Both the position numbers and the translations under genes were made by a program. Positions 1 to 9,896 of a stretch of DNA of 64,000 bases are shown piece by piece. Position 1 is the first letter of the stretch, and each line of letters starts with the position of its first letter. Location: positions 4,769 to 68,768 of the forward strand of contig JAFSOV010000007.1 of assembly GCA_017443235.1 (NCBI GenBank), in the 5' to 3' direction. Under the pieces are notes generated by a model that searched no databases, had not been told where the DNA came from, and saw nothing but the letters and a program-made list of their open reading frames with translations. Origin of the DNA: Alphaproteobacteria bacterium (GTDB lineage: Bacteria; Pseudomonadota; Alphaproteobacteria; Rs-D84).

Positions 1-1317
1 TTCAAATGCCAGCAATGACAATCTGTGCAAAGTTGGCGCACGGTTCAACAAAACGGGATGTTCGTGAATAACCTTTTCAAGTATTTCCCAAACAATATCT
101 TCGCCGTTTTCGACCATTTTACGCGCGGTCTTTAATGTGTTGGCATAATCGCCCGCCATAAGGCGCGCAAACACGAACGGTTTGAACAATTCCAACGCCA
201 TCGCCTTGGGCAAACCAACCTGGTGCATCTTTAATGATGGCCCGGACACAATAACACTGCGGCCCGAATAATCCACACGCTTACCCAACATATGCATACG
301 GAAACGACCGGATTTACCATGCAACGCACCCGACAAAGATTTAAGCGGACGGCGATTTTGTGAAACCATCGGGCGGGCCTTGTGTTCATTGTCGAACAAA
401 GAATCGACCGCTTCTTGCAACATACGTTTTTCGTTGCGGATGATAATTTCCGGCGCATGCATTTCCATAAACCGTTTCAAACGATTGTTACGAATAATCA
501 CACGACGATACAAATCGTTCAGGTCAGATGCCGCAACATGTCCCGCATCCAACGTGACCAAGGGGCGCATATCTGGTGGAATAACCGGGATAATATCCGG
601 CAACATCCATGCAGGTTCCGTTTTAGAATCCAAGAACGCTTCGACCAATTTTAATTGTTTAATAATCGATTTGCGTTTTGCTTCAGATTTTGTTTCCGCC
701 AATTCTGCACGCAGACGTGTTCTTTCATCGCCCATATCAAGGTTTGCAATAATGCTGCGAACACCTTCGGCACCGATGCCAACGCGGAACGCATCTGGGC
801 CAAATTCTTCAACCGCGGCGCGATATTCATCTTCACTGATGACATCGTATTGTTTCAAATTGGTTAAACCCGGTTCAATAACAATATACGCATCATAAGA
901 TACAACTTGGTCCAATTTCTTTTGCGACAGGTTGTTTAACAGTGTCGCAATTTTACCTTCACGCAAGAACCAAGTGTGTGCGACCGGCATCGCCAATTTA
1001 ATATGTCCCATACGTTCACGGCGAACCGACGAAGAACCGACTTCGACCCCGCAACGTTCGCAGATAACACCGCGGAATTTGATTCTTTTATATTTTCCGC
1101 ACGCGCATTCATAATCTTTGACCGGTCCAAAAATCTTTTGACAGAACAAACCATCGGTTTCCGGTTTCAAAGAATGATAATTGATGGTTTCGGGTTTCGT
1201 CACCTCGCCATGGGACCAGGAAAGAATTTCTTCGGGTGATGCAATTGTGACGCGCAACGCATCGAATTGTTCCCTGGTTTCAATTTGTCCAAATATCTTT
1301 TGCAACATATTTGCCAT
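1..1317 (-). CDS. rpoC: DNA-directed RNA polymerase subunit beta-prime, N-terminal ~439 codons (gene runs off window start)
   Basis: Absent from the ORF track because it has no stop in the window. My translation from the ATG at 1317 reads [11 protein letters not shown].... It contains the zinc motif [25 protein letters not shown] plus [19 protein letters not shown] and [12 protein letters not shown]. It lies directly downstream of rpoB. Confidence 0.95.
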   Translation of the reverse strand, partial: MANMLQKIFGQIETREQFDALRVTIASPEEILSWSHGEVTKPETINYHSLKPETDGLFCQKIFGPVKDYECACGKYKRIKFRGVICERCGVEVGSSSVRRERMGHIKLAMPVAHTWFLREGKIATLLNNLSQKKLDQVVSYDAYIVIEPGLTNLKQYDVISEDEYRAAVEEFGPDAFRVGIGAEGVRSIIANLDMGDERTRLRAELAETKSEAKRKSIIKQLKLVEAFLDSKTEPAWMLPDIIPVIPPDMRPLVTLDAGHVAASDLNDLYRRVIIRNNRLKRFMEMHAPEIIIRNEKRMLQEAVDSLFDNEHKARPMVSQNRRPLKSLSGALHGKSGRFRMHMLGKRVDYSGRSVIVSGPSLKMHQVGLPKAMALELFKPFVFARLMAGDYANTLKTARKMVENGEDIVWEILEKVIHEHPVLLNRAPTLHRLSLLAFE

Positions 1318-1334
1318 TTTTCTAAGCTCCTTAC

Positions 1335-1480
1335 TTAGTGTTAGTGGTTAGTGATAGTGGTTAGTATAAATTCTTTTTTATCTTCGCCACTCGTCCCGTC
1401 CACAGTTGGTTGTTAGTTTTGGGTGGTGGTTATGGCCAGCGAAATCTCACTAACCACTAACCACTCACACTATCCACTAA
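1335..1480. repeat. Palindromic repeat element with inverted arms built of TTAGTGG/ATAGTG units (1335-1366, 1448-1480) around an ~80-bp core
   Basis: Left arm is ttagtgttagtggttagtgatagtggttagta. Right arm cactaaccactaaccactcacactatccactaa is its imperfect reverse complement. Related copies occur at 29231-29338 and 48784-48874. Confidence 0.8.
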
Positions 1481-4400
1481 TCAATTTTTTTCGGCGTCAT
1501 CGCCAACCCCAGTCCGCGCAGTTCGCGAACAAACACGTTAAATGCCTCGGGCGTTCCGGTTTGTATATCATCACTGCCCGAAATGATGGATTCATACATC
1601 TTGTTTCGGCCGGTAATATCATCGGATTTCACCGTCAACATTTCACGCAGCAGGTGTGCGGCACCGTGTGCCTCTAACGCCCAAACCTCCATTTCACCCA
1701 AACGTTGACCACCCATATGTGCCTTACCAGACAAAGGTTGCTGGGTCACCAACGAATAACTTGCGGTGGAACGTGCGTGAATCTTTTCATCGACAAAGTG
1801 GTGCAATTTCAACATATACATAACACCAACCGTCACCGGACGGGCAAATTTTTCACCCGTTACACCATCATACAGTGTGAATTGACCGGTTTCCGGCAAC
1901 TTTGCCAATTTCAGCATACGACGAACATCTTCGGGTGTTGCACCGTCAAATGTCGGGGTTGCCATTGGCACGCCATCACGCAGCAACGCCGCGTGCGCGC
2001 GAACCTCGGTATCTGTCATTTTGGCCAATTTTTCGGCGGTTTCTTTGCCGTAAATCTTGCCCATAATCGCACGCAAATCATCCGTTACCGCGCGTTTTTG
2101 TTTGACTTCGTCCAAAACCGCACCGATTTGTTCACCCAAGCTGCGTGCCGCCATACCAAGGTGTGTTTCCAAAATTTGACCAAAGTTCATACGACTTGGC
2201 ACACCCAACGGATTCAGCACGATATCGACCGGGGTTCCATCTTCCATATGTGGCATATCTTCGATTGGAACAACGCGGGAAACGATACCTTTGTTTCCAT
2301 GACGACCCGCCATTTTATCACCCGGTTGCAATTTCATTTTATGGGCGATATAGACCTTGACTTCTTTCAAGACACCCGCGTTCAAAGAATTGCTTTCGGT
2401 TGCCTTTTCGATTTCGCGGTCGGCATTTTCATTCAACTGTTTCAGTTTAATGATATGCTGTTCGCGCAATTCATCAATCTTGGCCTGAGCTTCTTTGTTA
2501 TTCACAACCAATTTTTTAATATCGACCGGTTTAATACCTTCGAACACTTCGGCCGTCAATTTTTTACCAATAAATGGCTTCAAACTGCCGGTGCCAGATT
2601 CAATTGTATAACCTTCGGCGATTTGAAAAACCTGGTCTGCGAAACCCTTTTCGATAATCAGGATTTCTTCATCGCGGTCTTTATTGATTTTTTCAATCTT
2701 TTCCAATTCAATCATCTGGGTGCGTTCATCTTTCTTGACACCATGACGCGTCAAGATGTTCACACCGATGACCGTACCTTCTTCGTTCGGCCCAACACGC
2801 AGTGATGTATCTTTGACATTCAACGCCTTTTCACCAAAGATGTTACGCAATAACGCCTCTTCCGGGGTCAACAAAGTTTCAGATTTCGGTGAAACGTGAC
2901 CAACCAAAATATCGCCCTGTTTCACGCGCGCACCGATATAGATAATACCGGATTCGTCCAAATTCTTTAATGCCTCTTCACTAACGTTTGGAATATCGCG
3001 TGTCAAACTTTCCGGTCCCAATTGTGTATCACGAACCTTGATTTCCTTTTCAACGATTTTTACAGATGTATAAACATCGTCACGTGAAATGCGTTCGGAA
3101 ATAACAATAGAATCTTCATAGTTATAACCACGCCATGGCACAAACGCCACCAAAACGTTGCGACCCAACGCCAATTCACCATAGTTCATTGACGAACCGT
3201 CTGCGATAATATCACCCGCAGAAATACGGTCGCCGGCCTTGACCAATGGTTTTTGGTGCAAAATTGTATCGTTGTTTGAACGTTCATATTTTTCCAAATT
3301 GTAAATATCAACGCCGGTCACGACATTGCGACTGTTCATACATTTAACCACAATACGTTTTGCATCCGCAGATTCAACGATACCACTGTGTTTTGCAACC
3401 TTGCCGGTACGGGAATCACGTGCAACTTCGCGTTCAATGCCGGTTCCAACCAACGGCGTTTGCACACGCATAAGTGGCACGGCCTGGCGTTGCATGTTTG
3501 AACCCATCAAAGCGCGGTTCGCGTCGTCGTTTTCAACGAACGGAATAAGTCCCGTTGAAATAGACACAACCTGGCGCGGTTCAACGTCAATAAGGTCGAT
3601 TTCTTCACGCGGAACACGGGTAAATTCACCGTCAACACGTGCCGTAACCAATTCTTCGGTCAAAACACCTTTGTCATTTGTCGGGGTGTTACCCTGGGCA
3701 ATTTTGTGACCCAATTCTTCATCCGCGGTCAAATAAACCATTTTGTCGGTGATTTTACTTTTTTCGACAACATAGTACGGTGTTTCGATAAACCCATACG
3801 GATTAACACGTGCATATGATGCAAGGTGGTTAATCAAACCAATATTTGCGCCTTCGGGTGTGTTAATTGGGCATAAACGACCATAGTGTGTTGGATGAAC
3901 GTCGCGGACATCGATACCCGCACGTTCACGGTTCAATCCACCGGGACCAAGTGCGGAAATACGACGTTTGTGTTCCAATTCAGACAACGGGTTATACGCG
4001 TCCATAAATTGAGACAACTGACTGGTTCCCAAGAATTCTGCAACCAAAGACATCAATGGATTTACATTGACAACGTCTTGGGGTTGCATTGTTGCGATAT
4101 TCGGCGAAGACAAACTTTCGCGAACCAATCTTTCGATACGAACCATACCGGTGCGGAAATTTTGTTCCAACAATTCGCCAACGGTGCGAACACGACGATT
4201 TGACAGATTATCGATATCATCAATCGTATCTTTGTGGTCAATGATATTGGTCAAAGTCTTCAAAACCGCCAAGAAATCATTTTTGGTCAATAAACGTTCA
4301 TCTTCCGGTTTTTTCCCAGAATCGATTTTCAAACGTTTGTTCATTTTGAAACGACCAACCGGCGACAAATCATAATACGCAGATTCAAAACCTTGACGCA

Positions 4401-5613
4401 GGAACAGGTTGATTGCGGCTTCAAGCGTTGGACGTTCACCCGGACGGATGATGTTATAGATTTCAATCAATGCATCTTCACGATTTGTTGTTTTGTCGGC
4501 AACCAACGTATTGCGCATATGTGCAGTCATCGTTGTGTTATCAATTGAAATCAAAGAAATCTCTTTGATACCCAATTTTTCGATATCCGCCAAAACCTCT
4601 TCGGTGATTTCGGTACCAACCGGATAAATAACGTCGGTTCCAGACATAATCGGGTCAAACAAGTATTCGCCAACCAACGCATCCGGCAAAATACCGAATT
4701 CTTTGGACGCGGTCATAATTTTATTCAAACGTTTTGCGTTCAAACGGTCGCCTTTGACGGCCAATTCTTTTTTATCCTTGGGATTGATTAAATCGTAATT
4801 CAAACGATATTTATCCAAACCTTCGTACACAGATGTTTGGCCAACCCACATTTTGCCATTTGTTTTCAACGGAATGCGTTTATAGAACACAGACAATATT
4901 TCTGTATCGGTCATTCCGCGAATTGTGGTTTTGCGTGGTTCGGCAATCCATTTCTTTTCGTCTTCCGCACACGGCAGGCATCGCAACAGCACAGTTGCCG
5001 GCACTTTGCGGCGGCGGTCGATACGAACATAAATGATGCCCTTGGATTCTTCGAAATCAATCCAAGAACCGTGTTCCGGGATGATACGCGCAGTATACGT
5101 AATAGGATTTCCGGCGACCTTGGCTTCTTTGGTTGTTGCGAAAACCACACCTTGGGCGCGGTGCATTTGTGAAACGATAACACGTTCCACGCCCGATGCA
5201 ATAAAACTGCCGCGTTCGGTCATAAGTGGAACTTCGCCCATAAAGATTTCTTGTTCTTTGATATCACGCAAAGACTTTTTACCGTCTTCGGCGACATCCC
5301 ATAAAATCAATCTTAATTTTAATTTCAATTTGCTGGAATATGTCATTTTGCGTGCAAGGCATTCTTTCACATTGTACGCAGGTTTTTCCAAATTATATTC
5401 CACAAATTCCAATTCGGCGGCCCCCGCATAATCCTTGATTGGGAACATAGAAGCGAATACACTTTGCAACCCCATATTTTTGCGATTTTGGGGTGCAACA
5501 TCGGCCTGCAAGAAATCCTTGTAGGAATTGTATTGAATTTCTATTAAATCAGGAAGCGGAGTTTGCAAAAAACTTTTACCAAAAGATTTTCTAAGTTTCT
5601 GGATAACTGCCAT
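1477..5613 (-). CDS. rpoB: DNA-directed RNA polymerase subunit beta
   Basis: 1378-aa ORF with signature blocks SALGPGGL, GSNMQRQAVPL, GDKMAGRHGNKG and LNPLGVPSRMN. It lies between rplL and rpoC. Confidence 0.98.
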   Translation of the reverse strand: MAVIQKLRKSFGKSFLQTPLPDLIEIQYNSYKDFLQADVAPQNRKNMGLQSVFASMFPIKDYAGAAELEFVEYNLEKPAYNVKECLARKMTYSSKLKLKLRLILWDVAEDGKKSLRDIKEQEIFMGEVPLMTERGSFIASGVERVIVSQMHRAQGVVFATTKEAKVAGNPITYTARIIPEHGSWIDFEESKGIIYVRIDRRRKVPATVLLRCLPCAEDEKKWIAEPRKTTIRGMTDTEILSVFYKRIPLKTNGKMWVGQTSVYEGLDKYRLNYDLINPKDKKELAVKGDRLNAKRLNKIMTASKEFGILPDALVGEYLFDPIMSGTDVIYPVGTEITEEVLADIEKLGIKEISLISIDNTTMTAHMRNTLVADKTTNREDALIEIYNIIRPGERPTLEAAINLFLRQGFESAYYDLSPVGRFKMNKRLKIDSGKKPEDERLLTKNDFLAVLKTLTNIIDHKDTIDDIDNLSNRRVRTVGELLEQNFRTGMVRIERLVRESLSSPNIATMQPQDVVNVNPLMSLVAEFLGTSQLSQFMDAYNPLSELEHKRRISALGPGGLNRERAGIDVRDVHPTHYGRLCPINTPEGANIGLINHLASYARVNPYGFIETPYYVVEKSKITDKMVYLTADEELGHKIAQGNTPTNDKGVLTEELVTARVDGEFTRVPREEIDLIDVEPRQVVSISTGLIPFVENDDANRALMGSNMQRQAVPLMRVQTPLVGTGIEREVARDSRTGKVAKHSGIVESADAKRIVVKCMNSRNVVTGVDIYNLEKYERSNNDTILHQKPLVKAGDRISAGDIIADGSSMNYGELALGRNVLVAFVPWRGYNYEDSIVISERISRDDVYTSVKIVEKEIKVRDTQLGPESLTRDIPNVSEEALKNLDESGIIYIGARVKQGDILVGHVSPKSETLLTPEEALLRNIFGEKALNVKDTSLRVGPNEEGTVIGVNILTRHGVKKDERTQMIELEKIEKINKDRDEEILIIEKGFADQVFQIAEGYTIESGTGSLKPFIGKKLTAEVFEGIKPVDIKKLVVNNKEAQAKIDELREQHIIKLKQLNENADREIEKATESNSLNAGVLKEVKVYIAHKMKLQPGDKMAGRHGNKGIVSRVVPIEDMPHMEDGTPVDIVLNPLGVPSRMNFGQILETHLGMAARSLGEQIGAVLDEVKQKRAVTDDLRAIMGKIYGKETAEKLAKMTDTEVRAHAALLRDGVPMATPTFDGATPEDVRRMLKLAKLPETGQFTLYDGVTGEKFARPVTVGVMYMLKLHHFVDEKIHARSTASYSLVTQQPLSGKAHMGGQRLGEMEVWALEAHGAAHLLREMLTVKSDDITGRNKMYESIISGSDDIQTGTPEAFNVFVRELRGLGLAMTPKKID

Positions 5614-5672
5614 GGGTTTTAATCCTTTTTTTTATGTGTTTTGCAAACGAAACTATTGCGTATACTTTTTTA

Positions 5673-5710
5673 CGCCCGTCGCCCGTCCAGGGATTATTTC
5701 CCGGACGGGC
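5673..5710 (-). promoter_or_regulatory. GC-rich stem-loop in the rplL-rpoB spacer (possible attenuator)
   Basis: gcccgtcc (5681-5688) pairs with ggacgggc (5703-5710). Its position matches the known rplL-rpoB attenuator of E. coli, but no clean U-run follows on the minus strand. Confidence 0.3.
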
Positions 5711-5752
5711 ACGAACATTATTTTTGAACCATAACGGTTCGGGTTGGAATAA

Positions 5753-6118
5753 TTATTTCAATTCCACTTTTGCACCGGCTGCTTCGATGGTGGCCTTCAT
5801 TTTTTCGGCTTCATCTTTTGCAACGGCTTCTTTCACGGCCTTTGGTGCGGATTCAACCAACGCTTTGGCTTCACCCAATCCCAAACCTGTGATATCTTTG
5901 ACTGCCTTGATAACCGCCAATTTGTTTGCGCCAACATCGGTCAACACAACATCAAATTCGGTCTTTTCTTCGGCCGCAGCCGCCGCAGGACCCGCCGCAA
6001 CGGCAACCGCCGCAGCCGCGCTAACGCCCCATGTTTCTTCCAACGCCTTGGACAATTCGACTGCCTCCAAGACGGTCAATTTTGACAATTCTTCAACTAA
6101 TTTTTGAATGTCTGCCAT
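5753..6118 (-). CDS. rplL: 50S ribosomal protein L7/L12
   Basis: 121 aa with an Ala-rich hinge ([24 protein letters not shown]) and the C-terminal domain [12 protein letters not shown]. It is downstream of rplJ. Confidence 0.97.
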   Translation of the reverse strand: MADIQKLVEELSKLTVLEAVELSKALEETWGVSAAAAVAVAAGPAAAAAEEKTEFDVVLTDVGANKLAVIKAVKDITGLGLGEAKALVESAPKAVKEAVAKDEAEKMKATIEAAGAKVELK

Positions 6119-6155
6119 TTTTTTACTCCTTTTTATCGGAAATTATTCCCGATGT

Positions 6156-6635
6156 TTATTGATTCTTTTTTCCATACTCTGATGAAACACGTGCAAGGCG
6201 CGAACCCGGTTCGACCAAGATACGCGCGATTTGACCACGAATTTCCAACAGTGACGGAAGCTTGGATAATTGCACAATGTCGTCCACACCCAAAACATCC
6301 GCGTCCATTTTACCACCAACGATGGTGAGATTAGGATGTTCTTCGGCGAATTTGACCAAAACCTTGGTCACCGCCAATCCATCGGTTGCAACGGCAACCG
6401 CGGTCGGGCGCTTCATCAAATCAGACACAGGCGCGAAATCGGTATCTTGCAACGCCAATTTCATAAGGCGGTTTTTGACAACTTTGAAAACCGAAACCAA
6501 TGGGCGCAATTCATTGCGCAAACCTTCCATTTCTTTCACGGTCAGACCGTGGTTTTCAACGACAAAAACGCCGTTTGCATCTTGAAGAGACGACTGCAAC
6601 GCAGAAATCAAGTTTGACTTTTCTTCGCGTTTCAT
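6156..6635 (-). CDS. rplJ: 50S ribosomal protein L10
   Basis: 159 aa with an L10-like N-terminus (FVVENHGLTVKEMEGLRNELR). It is immediately upstream of rplL in the conserved operon. Confidence 0.93.
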   Translation of the reverse strand: MKREEKSNLISALQSSLQDANGVFVVENHGLTVKEMEGLRNELRPLVSVFKVVKNRLMKLALQDTDFAPVSDLMKRPTAVAVATDGLAVTKVLVKFAEEHPNLTIVGGKMDADVLGVDDIVQLSKLPSLLEIRGQIARILVEPGSRLARVSSEYGKKNQ

Positions 6636-6841
6636 CTTTTTACCCTTACTTCTTGGTTCATATGAAAACCATATAAACCAACCTTTGTTAAACTTTCCAT
6701 CCGGTTTCCCGGGATGGGACCATTTTCCGTCCCAAAGAATTTTTCTTTGTCTATGATGGAAATTAAGCGTTTCACCGCACCATCAGTCACGGACAGAAAT
6801 CTTGTTTGTGGCCCGGCGCACCCGCACCAGACCACACTTAT

Positions 6842-7516
6842 TTACTTTGCATCGATATGCAGACCCGGACCCTGGGTTGTTGCGACCGCAATGCCCAAGA
6901 TATATTGGCCTTTGCTTGATGCCGGTTTAACCTTTTTCAATTGTTCAACCAATGCGTTTGCATTTTCGACCAATTTTTCGGTTGAAAACGACATTTTACC
7001 AATGCCTGCATGGATAATACCGTTCTTTTCTGCACGATATTCAATTTGACCCGCCTTGGCCGTTTTCACCGCCGCCGCAACATCGTTTGTCACCGTTCCC
7101 AATTTCGGGTTCGGCATCAAGCCTTTTGGTCCCAAAACGCGTGCAACCTTGGACATTTTCGGCATCATATCCGGTGTCGCAATAACACGGTCAAAGTCAA
7201 TTTGACCCGCCGCAACCCGTTCAATCAAATCTTCGCCACCAATAACATCTGCGCCGGCCTTTTTGGCTTCTTCGGCTTTGTCATTGGTAAATACGGCAAC
7301 GCGAACCTTTTTGCCCGTGCCATTTGGCAAAGACAACATTCCGCGAATATTTTGGTCGGCCTTGGTCACATCAATGCTCAACCGAACCGCAATTTCCAAT
7401 GTTTCATCAAATTTCTTGGACGCGAATGGACGCAACGCTTCGATTGCATCGGCAAAAGAATATGTTTTTGCAGTATCCAATTCCGCCCACGTTTTTTGTC
7501 TTTTCGTAATTTTCAT
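6842..7516 (-). CDS. rplA: 50S ribosomal protein L1
   Basis: 224 aa containing DETLEIAVRLSIDVTKADQNIRG and LPNGTGK blocks. It starts 3 nt after the rplK stop. Confidence 0.96.
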   Translation of the reverse strand: MKITKRQKTWAELDTAKTYSFADAIEALRPFASKKFDETLEIAVRLSIDVTKADQNIRGMLSLPNGTGKKVRVAVFTNDKAEEAKKAGADVIGGEDLIERVAAGQIDFDRVIATPDMMPKMSKVARVLGPKGLMPNPKLGTVTNDVAAAVKTAKAGQIEYRAEKNGIIHAGIGKMSFSTEKLVENANALVEQLKKVKPASSKGQYILGIAVATTQGPGLHIDAK

Positions 7517-7519
7517 GGC

Positions 7520-7951
7520 TTATTCCTCCACCTTTACGCCCATTGAACGGCATTGACCCGCAACAATGTTCATCGCAGATTCAATGGTAGAGCAATTCAA
7601 GTCCGGCATTTTGTTTTCCGCAATTTCCCGGATTTGTGCCTTGGTGATAGTCCCAACAAAGTCACGACCCGGTTTATGCGAACCGATTTTCAATTTCAAC
7701 GCCTTTTTAATATAGTAAGAAACCGGCGGCAATTTCATAATAAATTCGAAACTGCGGTCCGTATAGACGGTGATAATGCACGGAATTGGCATACCCGGTT
7801 CTTTGTCAGACGTTTTATCGTTAAACTGTTTGCAGAATTCGGCGATATTCACACCCGCCGCACCCAACGCCGGCCCAATTGGTGGCGCAGGATTTGCCTG
7901 TTTTGCGGGGACGACCAGTTTCACAATCCCCTTCAGTTCTTTTTTTGCCAT
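7520..7951 (-). CDS. rplK: 50S ribosomal protein L11
   Basis: 143 aa containing [16 protein letters not shown] and [12 protein letters not shown]. Confidence 0.97.
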   Translation of the reverse strand: MAKKELKGIVKLVVPAKQANPAPPIGPALGAAGVNIAEFCKQFNDKTSDKEPGMPIPCIITVYTDRSFEFIMKLPPVSYYIKKALKLKIGSHKPGRDFVGTITKAQIREIAENKMPDLNCSTIESAMNIVAGQCRSMGVKVEE

Positions 7952-8050
7952 TTTTCATCCTTTTTTTGTTTTTGGATTCGTGGTACGATGTGGCGCATCT
8001 TCCACGGTTTATTTTGCGCGCATTTCACACGCCCGCCGACCCGGGGTCGG

Positions 8051-8590
8051 TTAAACTCTTTCGACCTGTTCAAAATCCAGTGAAACACTGGTTTCACGAC
8101 CAAATACCAAAATCGTGACGGTCATTTTTTGCTTTACATTATCAACATCGGACACAACACCATTAAAGTTCGCAAACGGCCCATCGATAACGTGAACTTC
8201 TTGACCAACTTCGTACACCATATCGTCCGGGACGGTGCTGCCCTCTTCTACCTGTTTCAACAAACGGCGCGCTTCTTCCTCGCTTACTGCGACAGGTTTT
8301 TGGCGCGCACCCAAGAACATTACAACCTGGGGCATCAATTTAACCAAGGAAAATGTTTCGTTATTCATAACCATTTGAACAACAATGTACCCCGGAAAGA
8401 ATTTTTTTTCGGTTTTAACACGTTTGCCGGCCTTGATTTCCGTCACTTCGCGCGTTGGCACCAAAATTTCACCAAAATACGCGTTCAGGCGGCGTTTATC
8501 AATTTGTTCCCTCAGGTTGCGCGCAACTTTGTCTTCGCATCCCGTGTGAACATTTACAACAAACCATTGCATTTTATCTTCCATTATCAT
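8051..8590 (-). CDS. nusG: Transcription termination/antitermination factor NusG
   Basis: ORF 8051..8626 has an NGN domain (MQWFVVNVHTGCEDKV) and a KOW motif (GQEVHVIDGPFANFNGVV). I trimmed the start to the in-frame ATG at 8590 so it does not overlap secE; the exact start is uncertain. Confidence 0.93.
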   Translation of the reverse strand: MIMEDKMQWFVVNVHTGCEDKVARNLREQIDKRRLNAYFGEILVPTREVTEIKAGKRVKTEKKFFPGYIVVQMVMNNETFSLVKLMPQVVMFLGARQKPVAVSEEEARRLLKQVEEGSTVPDDMVYEVGQEVHVIDGPFANFNGVVSDVDNVKQKMTVTILVFGRETSVSLDFEQVERV

Positions 8591-8609
8591 TCCCTTTGGC
8601 AAACCCGTG

Positions 8610-8789
8610 TTAGAAAATCCACCCAACCAGTGCGTTCAAAATGCTGTCCACTACAAAGAAAAACAGCGCCGCCAATCCAGAAAACACCAGAATCATAATG
8701 GTTGCGCGTACAACTTCGGCCCGGGTTGGCCAAACAATTTTGAACCATTCGGCCCGAACACCACGTATAAAATCCATTATTTTTTTCAT
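8610..8789 (-). CDS. secE: Preprotein translocase subunit SecE
   Basis: ORF 8610..8834 with a likely start at the internal ATG 8789 (MKKIMDFIRGVRAEWFKIVWPTR...). It has a single C-terminal TM helix and sits in the conserved position between tRNA-Trp and nusG. Confidence 0.88.
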   Translation of the reverse strand: MKKIMDFIRGVRAEWFKIVWPTRAEVVRATIMILVFSGLAALFFFVVDSILNALVGWIF

Positions 8790-8847
8790 TGACGCACCAA
8801 TTTCCTTTGTTTTTAACATCCGGCGTGCACCCACAAACCAAAATCTA

Positions 8848-8921
8848 TGGCAGGGGCAGAAGGAATCGAACCCTCATCTGCGGTTTTGGAGACCGATGTT
8901 CTACCATTGAACCATGCCCCT
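8848..8921 (-). tRNA. tRNA-Trp (anticodon CCA)
   Basis: The reverse complement AGGGGCATGGTTCAATGGTAGAACATCGGTCTCCAAAACCGCAGATGAGGGTTCGATTCCTTCTGCCCCTGCCA folds by hand into a cloverleaf. The anticodon loop is CTCCAAA and the T-loop is TTCGATT. Confidence 0.93.
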
Positions 8922-9147
8922 GTATCACGCGCAAATCTGCGCATTTCTGCGTATTTGGTTCGAACGCACACCCAATATTCCGGTAAAGATTAGCACAGTT
9001 TATCGGAAAATCAAGCGCAAATATTATAAATATTTTGTAAATCCGGCGCAAGTGTTTTTTTAGTGGACGTTGGTCTGTTATTACGACTGTAAAATTTACG
9101 ACGTTCATGCACAGAAATAATAATGCAAAAATAACACAAAAAAACAC

Positions 9148-9177
9148 TTGCATTGGGTGTAAAAATTTTTCTACAAT
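9148..9177 (+). promoter_or_regulatory. Sigma70-like promoter candidate for the virB8-10 operon
   Basis: ttgcat (9148-9153), an 18-nt spacer, then tacaat (9172-9177). This lies ~28 nt upstream of the GTG start, with the SD agggag at 9191-9196. Confidence 0.4.
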
Positions 9178-9204
9178 CGTTTTAAGTAAAGGGAGAATTG
9201 TGCC

Positions 9205-9867
9205 GTGCAAAGCCGCATAGAACCGCCGGTTTTATTATCAAGATTGCTGATTTTCGTGTTCGCCGGATGCGTGGTGGTGTTGTTTGTAATGTTTATGACA
9301 TTGGAAAAAATGTTTCCATTGAACCGGCCCGAAGTATTCTTTATAACATCAAAACCCGAAGGCGCGTCCGTAATTCAAATTACTGAATTGCCGCCAAATG
9401 ACCAAAATTTAGAGGCTTATCGCCAGGCGTTTGTTATGGAATACGTGCGCGCGCGCAACGAAATTGAACAAAATATGTCGGTTATGCGGCAAAAATGGGG
9501 CAACAGTGACGGTGTGGTTGCCGCATGGTCCACCACGGATGTTTATAACGCGTTCCGCAAAACGGGACTGTATCACGCGATTATGAGTGATTATCCCGAT
9601 ATCGCATTTAACTGTGTGGTGAATTTCCGTGGGCGGCCGATGCAGTTGCGCGACAATCAATACACGGTGAAATTCGAATATTTTTGCTCAGATAATAATG
9701 GACAAACCGATAAAAAAGATTATACAATCCTGATTGGAATTACTATGACGGATGACGCACAAATTAAATGGACGGAACGTTTGAATAACCCATTGGGGGT
9801 CAAGGTTTCGCGATATACGGTCGAAGGTGGTGGCGGCGATCCACTGGACACGGTGTATAAACAATAA
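9205..9867 (+). CDS. virB8: Type IV secretion system protein VirB8
   Basis: 220 aa with an N-terminal TM helix (LLSRLLIFVFAGCVVVLFVMFM) and a periplasmic domain with VirB8-type blocks (AYRQAFVMEYVRARNE, NPLGVKVSRYTV). It is followed by virB9 and virB10. Confidence 0.8.
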   Translation: MQSRIEPPVLLSRLLIFVFAGCVVVLFVMFMTLEKMFPLNRPEVFFITSKPEGASVIQITELPPNDQNLEAYRQAFVMEYVRARNEIEQNMSVMRQKWGNSDGVVAAWSTTDVYNAFRKTGLYHAIMSDYPDIAFNCVVNFRGRPMQLRDNQYTVKFEYFCSDNNGQTDKKDYTILIGITMTDDAQIKWTERLNNPLGVKVSRYTVEGGGGDPLDTVYKQ

Positions 9868-9896
9868 AATGTGAAAGGCAAAAAGGGAAAGGAAAT

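Noticed and set aside
1705-2805. 366-aa plus-strand ORF inside rpoB
   Set aside because: It is entirely antisense to the unmistakable rpoB frame. Its composition is Phe/His/Cys/Arg-rich shadow sequence with no motif, typical of a shadow ORF. The same applies to the other plus-strand ORFs between 1423 and 5431.
8845-9210. 121-aa minus-strand ORF
   Set aside because: It overlaps tRNA-Trp and the AT-rich virB8 promoter region, and has no coding signature.
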